From: Leptospira biflexa
GTDB taxonomy: Bacteria > Spirochaetota > UBA4802 > JAGODF01
DNA: 58,175 bases
NCBI GenBank assembly: GCA_020721925.1
Contig: DYLV01000002.1
Span: 9,624 to 67,798, forward strand
Reading direction: 5' to 3'
Below the pieces are notes generated by a model. It was not told the DNA's origin, ran no database searches, and saw only the letters and a list, made by a program, of their open reading frames with translations. Position numbers and translations under genes: made by a program. Of this stretch, positions 50,847 to 58,175 are shown in pieces. Every line of letters begins with the position of its first letter. Position 1 is the stretch's first letter.

Positions 50847-51794
50847 TCAGTACATGGGTTTAAAATCGAAATGGTGCTCGGCAGTAATATATCGTATTGT
50901 ATGGGTTTTTGATCGCATCACGATCGATGTGGTAAAAGCTCCACCCGGGAAATATCGAACACCGGTGAGCAGTTCACCGTCAGTGACACCGGTGGCAGAA
51001 AACATTATGTTTGCACCTCTCACAAGGTCGTTTAAATAAAAAATTCTGTCGGGATCATCTTCTCCTATCCGGTGAACGAGCTCTTTTTCAGATTCATTCA
51101 AAAATACGAATCGGGCCTGCATGTCGCCTCCCAGGCATTTTAACGCAGCGGCAGCTAAAATACCGTGCATGGCGCCGCCCACCCCCATAAGCACATCAAT
51201 CGGGCGTTCCTTCATTCCAGCCGCGACTGCACCGGAAATATCACCATCCTGAATGAGTTTAATGCGTGCCCCCGTCTCGCGGATAGAGGAAATAAGACCC
51301 CGGTGTCGTTCACGATCGAGTACACATACGGTAACATCTTCAATATACTTTTCCATTGCACGAGCTATGCGTTTTATATTCACTTGCGGGGATTGAGTGA
51401 TGTCAATTACACCTTTTGCTTCAGGACCAACGGCGATCTTTTCCATGTACAGCGGTGGGACTTCTAGAAACGCACCCGGTTCGCCGATGGCTATGGCGGA
51501 AATTGCGTTTTGACCGCCGTTTGCACAGGTAGTTTTTCCTTCAAGAGGGTCAAGGGCAATATCAACGTTGACGCCCGCTCCTGTTCCGATTTCGCAACCC
51601 CGCTTTATTCTTTCATCGCTGTCAGGGCTGATGACAATTTTCCCTTTAACGGAAATGGGAGAAAAAACATTTGCCATGGCTTCGATTGCGGAGCGGTTGA
51701 CGAGTTCCTCATTTCCTCTGCCCATATGGCGGCTTGCATACAGTGCAGCAGCTTCAGTTACGCGTACAAGTTCAAGAGCTAAGTTTCGGTCCAT
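50847..51794 (-). CDS. glpX: Class II fructose-1,6-bisphosphatase
   Basis: MDRNLALELVRVTEAAALYASRHMGRGN, DIALDPLEGKT, GVGGAMHGILAAAALKCLGG. Confidence 0.92.
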   Translation of the reverse strand: MDRNLALELVRVTEAAALYASRHMGRGNEELVNRSAIEAMANVFSPISVKGKIVISPDSDERIKRGCEIGTGAGVNVDIALDPLEGKTTCANGGQNAISAIAIGEPGAFLEVPPLYMEKIAVGPEAKGVIDITQSPQVNIKRIARAMEKYIEDVTVCVLDRERHRGLISSIRETGARIKLIQDGDISGAVAAGMKERPIDVLMGVGGAMHGILAAAALKCLGGDMQARFVFLNESEKELVHRIGEDDPDRIFYLNDLVRGANIMFSATGVTDGELLTGVRYFPGGAFTTSIVMRSKTHTIRYITAEHHFDFKPMY

Positions 51795-51813
51795 GTTTCA
51801 CCTCTTATCTTGC

Positions 51814-53058
51814 TTACTTTTTTATTTTCACGAGTTCTTCGTAAAGCGAAATTTTTCTGTCGAGATACATCGCCGAATATTCGTTTTGATGATCTAAGGT
51901 CTTTTGCCGAGCTTCTCGATAAAGCGATAGTACATTGCGTTGAATTCTGAGAAGCTCAATATTTTTCTTGCGAAGGGTCGCAATATCGGTTACAAAAAGT
52001 CGGTGTCCGAGGGTGGAAACAAAACGAGATCCAGCATTGTCCAGCGCAATATCATCACCCTCAAGCCCCGTGGTCAACGAAGTCTTTGTATTGGTTCGAT
52101 AGAAATTAATCATTCCATCTTTGAGCCAAACAATAATTTTCATAGAAGGGAAAAATCGCAGCGAGGTATTAAATGAATCCTTGCCGATTGTTTCAATAAT
52201 ATTACGTACCACATTATGTATGACTACAGTGTAGCTTCCGGGAGAACCGGTTCGATATGCAAGAGAGTGAGAATCAACCCAGCATACCTCCATCGACGAG
52301 GTGATATTTTGAAGTTCCGTAATTTTGCCGCCATCAATGCACCACAGCCTGTAGCTTCCGCCGCCGCCGTTCAGAATGATCCATTTGTTATTATCGTGCG
52401 ATGGATATGCCAAAACGGTGCCGTCACCTTCGAATGCAGCAGGCAAGATAGATCGAGGAAGTAATGTTTTGTGTATTCCTGATAACGCGTCAATGGATAT
52501 AATGCCTTTTTCAGATGATGTGATGATCGAATTTCCATCTGGAGATATAGTAAAATCGAGGAGCACGTTCGAAGATGGGAATACTCTCTCCCTGCCGTCT
52601 GAAAGTGATATGATGGATATTTGAGGATCTGGGATAATATTTTTTCCCGGCATCATTCTTTTCAATGCCATAAATCTGCCGCCGGGAAAAACTGCCGCAT
52701 AAAGTACATCACCGGGAAAGCGTGCGATTTCAGTTTTAACTTTTGTGTGAGTATTGTACAGGGTCAGTGTGTTTCTTCTTGAATTGGGTAATTCTTTGAG
52801 ATATGCGATTGTGGTGTCTGATTTCCATCCTGAAAAAATCACGTTTCGATCGATGAGTATTGAACCTACGGCAAAATATCCATCAAGCTTTGCCAAAAGA
52901 AGCTTCGTTCTGAATGGTGAAGTTGGTGAAAGATATATATCATCGAGATTGATATCACGGGCAGTAGCTGGCATCGTTAATGATGAAATACAGACTGCGG
53001 TAAAAAAGAGCAAAAACGCCGTAAGAACGGTTGGCGTTCTATGTAATTGTTTTTTCAT
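51814..53058 (-). CDS. Secreted protein, possibly a PD40/TolB-like beta-propeller
   Basis: Signal peptide TAFLLFFTAVCISSLTMPATA-RD. Repeated strand-rich segments include FTISPDGNSIITSS. Confidence 0.45.
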   Translation of the reverse strand: MKKQLHRTPTVLTAFLLFFTAVCISSLTMPATARDINLDDIYLSPTSPFRTKLLLAKLDGYFAVGSILIDRNVIFSGWKSDTTIAYLKELPNSRRNTLTLYNTHTKVKTEIARFPGDVLYAAVFPGGRFMALKRMMPGKNIIPDPQISIISLSDGRERVFPSSNVLLDFTISPDGNSIITSSEKGIISIDALSGIHKTLLPRSILPAAFEGDGTVLAYPSHDNNKWIILNGGGGSYRLWCIDGGKITELQNITSSMEVCWVDSHSLAYRTGSPGSYTVVIHNVVRNIIETIGKDSFNTSLRFFPSMKIIVWLKDGMINFYRTNTKTSLTTGLEGDDIALDNAGSRFVSTLGHRLFVTDIATLRKKNIELLRIQRNVLSLYREARQKTLDHQNEYSAMYLDRKISLYEELVKIKK

Positions 53059-53092
53059 GGCGATATTGTTACATAATCATCGTGAAAATTTT

Positions 53093-54607
53093 TTACCGGG
53101 CGCTTTGAGGAGCTGTTTGGCTTTCTTTTGGGTGCGCGTCCTTTCTGTCGTCCTCTTTTTGCACTTCGCCTTTATTTTTAATATTATCTTTATGCTCAGA
53201 TCGTGGCCTTTCCGGTATCACCGGGATTACCAGCACCTGACCGGGGAAGATAAGATCAGGGTCTCGTATTTTGTCTTTATTCGCCACATAGATAAGTGGC
53301 CACAGACGCGGATTCCCGTAGGTGCGATGGGAAATCTTCCAGAGACAGTCGCGATCGCGGGGGTTGTATTTTACCACATAGGTTGCGGGTTCTTCTCCAT
53401 ATTTCACCTGTTTTGCGGCAATATCCGATCCCTTTTGCTCGGTTGCAATTCCAGATAGCAGTGTGAGTGCGCTGTCGGATTCCCTGATGGTGCCAGGAAA
53501 GTCTTTCTCTTCGAAAAGTTTCGAAGCAGTGTTAATATGGAGTGTGGCCTTATCGATTTGCTCTGTCAATTGGATGGATCCGATTTTCTTTCTCTCTTCA
53601 AGCGTCTGTTTCGCGTGTGCAAGTTTGCTCTCGGCTTCTGCCCGAAGCTCGGTTTCACGCCCGGCAATTATCTGTGTCAACGATACAAGCATGGAAATTG
53701 CCTGTTCCGATTTCTCAATGGAGGTGGGATATTCTCTGCTGTCGTGGTGTTTTTTCGCATCACCAACAAGTGCATTCGCCTTTGAGATGTCTTCCTGATA
53801 CGATGGAGAAAGCGATGATTTCTTCGCTTGTTCAAGAAGGGAATTGGCTTCTGAGAGCTTTGCCTCTGCTGTTCCTCGAAGCGTTGTTTCGCGAGCCCCG
53901 GCAAGCGATGTTTTCGCTTCATCAAGAAGAGGAAGTGCTTCTTTCAGATTTGAAGCTTCAGCTTTTTCCTTCGCCATTGCAAGCTTTTCTTTCGCTGAAG
54001 TGATTTCTGCAGATGCGTAGGCATCGCCTCCCTTTGATTTCAATTCATTGGCAGATGCAATGGCAACATCGATTTCTTCCTTCACCTGTGCGACATGAGG
54101 CAAAGAGTCGGTTTTTGCTTTTTCCGCGAATTTTGCTGCCTCTGAAGATTTTATATAGGAACTCCAGAATTCTTTTTTCTCTTTCAGGGAAGCTGCATCT
54201 TTCAGAAGCGTATCGGCATTGGAGAAAGATTCAGGAGAATATTTTGAAGCAAAAAGAAGATCGGCTTCATCGAAAATCTTCTTGGCTGCTGAATAGCTAT
54301 CGGAAGATAACAGAGGCAGAGATTTTTCAATGGCTTTGGCTGATTCTGCGGATGATTTTTCGGCAAGAGATTTTGCTTTATCTAAATCTTCTTTGATGAT
54401 TTCGGTATGGCATTCAAGCAGAATGTCTTTCGCGCTTTTAAGCTCAGCAGGTGCGTATTTTTCTGCGCGGACTTCAATGGCGCGCGTGATGGAGGTCTTC
54501 GCTTGGGACATTTCCCTGATGGGTACATCGAGCTTGCACGATGCTGACAAAAAAATGGAGATTGCTGTTCCAATCCACAGAAATACACGATTCAATACCT
54601 TTGCCAT
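53093..54607 (-). CDS. Lipoprotein with a long Ala/Lys/Glu-rich helical region and a C-terminal LysM domain
   Basis: Lipobox IFLSASC-KL. About 400 aa of helical A/E/K-rich repeats. LysM segment YVVKYNPRDRDCLWKISHRTYGNPRLWPLIYVANKDKIRDPDLIFPGQVLVIP. Confidence 0.75.
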   Translation of the reverse strand: MAKVLNRVFLWIGTAISIFLSASCKLDVPIREMSQAKTSITRAIEVRAEKYAPAELKSAKDILLECHTEIIKEDLDKAKSLAEKSSAESAKAIEKSLPLLSSDSYSAAKKIFDEADLLFASKYSPESFSNADTLLKDAASLKEKKEFWSSYIKSSEAAKFAEKAKTDSLPHVAQVKEEIDVAIASANELKSKGGDAYASAEITSAKEKLAMAKEKAEASNLKEALPLLDEAKTSLAGARETTLRGTAEAKLSEANSLLEQAKKSSLSPSYQEDISKANALVGDAKKHHDSREYPTSIEKSEQAISMLVSLTQIIAGRETELRAEAESKLAHAKQTLEERKKIGSIQLTEQIDKATLHINTASKLFEEKDFPGTIRESDSALTLLSGIATEQKGSDIAAKQVKYGEEPATYVVKYNPRDRDCLWKISHRTYGNPRLWPLIYVANKDKIRDPDLIFPGQVLVIPVIPERPRSEHKDNIKNKGEVQKEDDRKDAHPKESQTAPQSAR

Positions 54608-54814
54608 GTTTGCCTCCCGGAATCCTTTATTGTGTACTTAAAAGAATTGTGAAATGATATCGCAGATGTTATTCTGTCATATTGCGAATGATCTTTGCAA
54701 TTCATTTTTTTGCAATGTTCAAAAATAGGCGCATGTTTTTTAAATATCTATTATTCTGATGAGTGATAATCCGACATAGTTTAATAGCAATTTTTTGGAT
54801 GATATATTACATAT

Positions 54815-55216
54815 CTATCGGTCGTGTATGATGTTTACAAGCACTTTTCTCTGGCGCGGCCCGTCGAACTCACAGAAGTAGATTCCCTGCCATGTTCCCA
54901 GTACCAATCTCTCTTTTTCTATGAAGACGGTTTCTGAACAGCCCACAAGCGATGATTTCAGATGCGCCGGAGAGTTGCCCTCTATGTGTGCGAAATCGAC
55001 TTTTTCAAATTTTAGATGGGCAAGACCGCGTATAATATCGCGTCGCACATCGGGATCTGCATTTTCGTTGATAGTGATGCCTGCGGTGGTGTGTGGAGTG
55101 TAAATCACGCATAGTCCTTCCGAAATGCCAGATTTCCCGACTATACCCTCCACCTCAGCGGTGATGTCGATGAGTTCCTCCTGCAACCTGGATGTAATTG
55201 AGAGTGATCGAATCAT
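54815..55216 (-). CDS. YjbQ/UPF0047 family protein (secondary thiamine-phosphate synthase-like)
   Basis: CVIYTPHTTAGITINENADPDVRRD and GTWQGIYFCEFDGPR. Confidence 0.85.
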   Translation of the reverse strand: MIRSLSITSRLQEELIDITAEVEGIVGKSGISEGLCVIYTPHTTAGITINENADPDVRRDIIRGLAHLKFEKVDFAHIEGNSPAHLKSSLVGCSETVFIEKERLVLGTWQGIYFCEFDGPRQRKVLVNIIHDR

Positions 55217-55423
55217 TTTCTTTCTCCTTTGTTTTTATAGTACCGCCTGCGTATTACTGCATGTCAATCCAATTTCAAATGTGCTATGATCATGAAAGCG
55301 CCATTTGAACTGTTTTGAAAGTGGTTGACAATATCATAGCAAAATATTAACACTGTTGAGTATTAGAGAAGGTAAAAATTGCACATCACTGCCTTTTTTA
55401 CTTTTTTCGTACGGGGTAGCACA

Positions 55424-56152
55424 ATGAAATGGGTGGTGCATTTTTTCATGTTCTTTTACCGTCCGCTTTTCATCATCTTTGTTGTGATTGATACCGCCAT
55501 ACTTGGAATCATTGTAATTGTTCTTTCATATTTCGATCCGAACGGAAACAGGATTCACTATATCGGCAAATTCTGGTCGCGCATGAACCTGCTTCTTTCA
55601 GGGGTCAGAGTCAGAATGCATGGTCTTGATAATGTGAAACCGGGAAAACTCTATGTGGTGATGAGCAATCATCAGAGCCATTATGATGTGTGGACTCTCA
55701 TCGGCTATCTTCCGCTTCAGCTTCGCTGGGTGATGAAAAAAGAACTGCGGCGCATACCCATCTTTGGGCTTGGCTGCGAGCGAATGGGGCACATCTATAT
55801 TGACAGAAAAAATCCCAATCAGTCGCACAAGGAACTTGAAGTGGCCAGAAAAAAATTTGAGGCGGGTGCATCGGTGGTTTTCTTTCCGGAAGGAACCAGA
55901 AGCCCGAATGGCACGCTTCTCCCTTTCAAAAAAGGCGGATTTGTAATGGCACTCCAGCATCATCTTCCCATACTGCCCATTACGGTTAATGGGACAAGAA
56001 ATATCCTTCCAAAAGGGTCATTTATGATCATGCCGGGTGTGGTTGATGTGATCATTCATCCACCGGTCCCCACGACAGGATATTCACTTGAACAAAAAGA
56101 AGCGCTGATGGATAAAATCAGGGAAATCATTCATTCGGGAAAGAGCGATTGA
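55424..56152 (+). CDS. plsC: 1-acyl-sn-glycerol-3-phosphate acyltransferase
   Basis: HX4D motif MSNHQSHYDV, FPEGTRS, PILPITV. The ATG at 55424 precedes the N-terminal TM segment. Confidence 0.85.
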   Translation: MKWVVHFFMFFYRPLFIIFVVIDTAILGIIVIVLSYFDPNGNRIHYIGKFWSRMNLLLSGVRVRMHGLDNVKPGKLYVVMSNHQSHYDVWTLIGYLPLQLRWVMKKELRRIPIFGLGCERMGHIYIDRKNPNQSHKELEVARKKFEAGASVVFFPEGTRSPNGTLLPFKKGGFVMALQHHLPILPITVNGTRNILPKGSFMIMPGVVDVIIHPPVPTTGYSLEQKEALMDKIREIIHSGKSD

Positions 56153-56237
56153 GGGATGAAGGCTTACATGATATAACTTTTCCAACCCGGGTTCTTTTGT
56201 AGTGGAAGTATAGAAGCAGGAAATGACAAATTATCTA

Positions 56238-57017
56238 TCATCTCCTCATATATCTCAACACTTCCTCATGTATCTTCCCATTCGTCGCGATGATTTCTGG
56301 AAATGAGGGGATAAATGCACTGCCGTCGTATCGAGTGACCATTCCGCCTGCTTCCTCGACAATAAGCGCGCCAGCGGCCATATCCCAGGGCTGGAGTTCC
56401 GGTTCCCAATAGCCGTCGAACCTGCCGCAAGCGGTATAGCACAGGTCGAGCGCGGCTGAACCGATACGCCGAATGCCCATGGAAATAAGAGCAAGGCGCG
56501 AAAATTCTTCAATATTGTCCCTGCAGGCGTTGTCGCGGTTTACGGGAAAGCCTGTGGCTAAAAACGCGCGATTGAGAGATCCGGTTTTGCTGACATGGAT
56601 CGGCGTGCTATTAATATGTGCACCTCCGCCGCGATATGCGCTGAACAGTTCATCATGGACAGGGTCATATACAACACCTACCATTACTTTTTGAAGACTT
56701 TTTGAAAAAATGCCAATCGAGATGCAGAAAAAAGGGATGCCATGCGCATAATTATTCGTGGCATCAAGTGGGTCAATATACCATACGAGGTCGCTTGCAC
56801 TTTCAATACTGCTGCCTTCTTCTGCGACAATAGCATGTTCAGGAAAGCGCTTCTGAATCGCTTCACATAGATACTCTTCTGATTTTCTGTCCATATTCGT
56901 AACGATATCCGTGATGCGTTTATAGGTGATGGTGGTGCTTTTTGCCCGGAAACCGGAGAGAAGAATAGCGCCAGCTTTTTTCGATATCACTTCGGCAAAG
57001 CGTTGTATCTCTTTCAT
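56238..57017 (-). CDS. Inositol monophosphatase family protein (SuhB-like)
   Basis: VAEEGS, WYIDPLDATNNYAHG, WDMAAGALIVEEAGG. Confidence 0.88.
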   Translation of the reverse strand: MKEIQRFAEVISKKAGAILLSGFRAKSTTITYKRITDIVTNMDRKSEEYLCEAIQKRFPEHAIVAEEGSSIESASDLVWYIDPLDATNNYAHGIPFFCISIGIFSKSLQKVMVGVVYDPVHDELFSAYRGGGAHINSTPIHVSKTGSLNRAFLATGFPVNRDNACRDNIEEFSRLALISMGIRRIGSAALDLCYTACGRFDGYWEPELQPWDMAAGALIVEEAGGMVTRYDGSAFIPSFPEIIATNGKIHEEVLRYMRR

Positions 57018-57283
57018 TATGCAGCCTCGTAGTATGAAATATTTTTTCGCATGAGTGGAATTGGATTTTAATGCGTCATTATTGATGTATGAATGGGATG
57101 ATGTCGAGTATTTTCCGTGTACAATTCATTTCATACATTATCCGCGAAAAATAGAAAAAATTTCTGTACTTTTTATAATTCTAAAATCATAGTGGCGCTC
57201 TTCCGGTTTTACGTGCGGAAAAAAGCAAAAAAAATCTAAAGGGACATAATATTTTTATTGACGAACTTATTTGCGTTTGGTAG

Positions 57284-57292
57284 TGGTATAAA
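57284..57292 (+). promoter_or_regulatory. Extended -10 promoter element, candidate nrdD promoter
   Basis: TGGTATAAA. No well-spaced -35 is present (TTGACG at 57258-57263 is 23 nt away). If used, it implies a ~320-nt leader. Confidence 0.3.
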
Positions 57293-57615
57293 ATCCCATG
57301 GACAACACATTTTTCATTCGTAGTTACTCCTGAAGAGCATAATACAATAAAGCGCGGGCATGCGTTCATGGGTGGTATTTTTTTGTGGGGTCGTCAAAGC
57401 AGTCGTGTCGGGTCCAACATCAATATGGTACGATACTGGCTTTGCGTTTTCATTCCCCTGTTATTATTAATTTGAATTGAGAATCGCTGAAGTTCAGGTT
57501 GCGAGTCCTGTGGTATTCGCAATCTAAATCTGGTATTTTGTTTTGTAGTGAAACAAATACACGGTTTTGCAGCGTGCAACAATAGTATCAATAATTTATC
57601 CTTTGGGTAGTTGCC

Positions 57616-58175
57616 ATGGAAGGAACAAGTTCACCGGTCAGTTACATACGAAAAAGAGACGGAAGGATCGTTCCATTCAACATAGAAAAAATCACCGAAG
57701 CGATTTTTAAAGCAGCAAAAGCGGTCGGTGGCACCAATCGAGAGATTGCGGAAGGCATTTCACGTTCTGTGGTGGGCATTCTTGAAATTGTATATAAAGA
57801 CGACCGCATACCTACGGTTGAAAACGTACAGGATCTGGTTGAAAAAATACTTATTGAGAAAGGCCATGCGAAAGTCGCGAAAGCATATATCCTCTACCGT
57901 GAACAGCATCGTAAAATTCGCGAAGGGAAAGACCTCCTCAACGAAGGCATCGAACTCATCGAACAGTATCTGGACCGCTCCGATTGGCGGGTAAATGAGA
58001 ACAGCAATATGAGTTATTCCCTGCAGGGGCTCAACAATCACATCGCATCCGCCATCACCGCAAAATACTGGCTTGAACGGCTCTACCCACCTGAAATCCG
58101 TCACGCGCATACCGCATGTGATTTTCATCTTCACGATCTGGGGCTTCTTTCCGCGTACTGCGTGGGATGGGATAT
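57616..58175 (+). CDS. nrdD: Anaerobic ribonucleoside-triphosphate reductase (class III), 5' part, continuing past the window end
   Basis: My translation from the ATG at 57616 reads MEGTSSPVSYIRKRDGRIVPFNIEKITEAIFKAAKAVGG (ATP-cone), then WRVNENSNMSYSLQGLNNH and DFHLHDLGLLSAYCVGWD. The frame is open to 58175. It is absent from the ORF track because no stop falls inside the window. Confidence 0.85.
   Translation, partial: MEGTSSPVSYIRKRDGRIVPFNIEKITEAIFKAAKAVGGTNREIAEGISRSVVGILEIVYKDDRIPTVENVQDLVEKILIEKGHAKVAKAYILYREQHRKIREGKDLLNEGIELIEQYLDRSDWRVNENSNMSYSLQGLNNHIASAITAKYWLERLYPPEIRHAHTACDFHLHDLGLLSAYCVGWD

Noticed and set aside
52754-53458. 234-aa plus-strand ORF spanning the junction of two minus-strand genes.
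   Set aside because: It is antisense to two well-supported secreted or lipoprotein genes. It has no motif or RBS, and its sequence looks like a shadow frame.
57384-57525. Possible tmRNA or tRNA-like element (GGGGTCGTC... and a T-arm-like CAGGTTGCGAGTCCTG).
   Set aside because: The stem is only 4 bp with an 8-nt loop. There is no GTTCRANTC T-loop, no acceptor complement and no CCA-proximal sequence. The spacing is far too short for a tmRNA.
57290-57615. Cobalamin riboswitch or NrdR-box pair upstream of nrdD.
   Set aside because: I found no B12-box-like element and no pair of 16-bp acaCwAtATaTwGtgt-like palindromes. Class III reductase is also not B12-dependent. The region is left as an unclassified leader.

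Overview
This is about 58 kb of a bacterial chromosome spanning the replication origin. It is almost entirely housekeeping or envelope genes. The core block is dinG-like helicase | AT-rich oriC | dnaA | AT-rich spacer | dnaN-recF-DUF721(DciA-like)-DUF370(RemB-like)-gyrB-gyrA (36.5-47.7 kb). About 19 kb to the left lies mnmG-rsmG. rsmG carries two identical perfect 16-bp parS-type palindromes in two different reading frames.

Other recognisable genes are nadE, pyrF, lexA, xseA/xseB, lspA, ileS, glpX, a plsC-type acyltransferase, a suhB-type phosphatase and the 5' end of nrdD.

I recognised no rRNA, tRNA, CRISPR array, transposase, integrase or phage genes. Many predicted lipoproteins have L-x-(S/A)-C lipoboxes. 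Together with the dnaA-dnaN-recF-DUF721-gyrB-gyrA order, this suggests a Spirochaetota-like organism, but that is inference only.

I did not find a clear-cut novel system. The loci most worth a second look are:
- the rifampicin-phosphotransferase-like / Nudix / membrane alkaline-phosphatase-family operon (1-4995)
- the metallopeptidase lipoprotein with two small coupled lipoproteins (15.3-17.9 kb)
- the twin parS sites
- the nucleotidyltransferase / UbiA-like / giant membrane-TPR envelope cluster (28.4-33.6 kb)
- the DUF4234 plus zinc-ribbon/acidic-repeat/2xDUF4389 pair (34.0-36.3 kb)
- the non-canonical DnaA-box set of a bipartite oriC
- a marked AT-rich compositional block that ends abruptly at the gyrB start
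- a 600-bp leader region upstream of nrdD

All family assignments come from motif recognition by eye. No database search was run.
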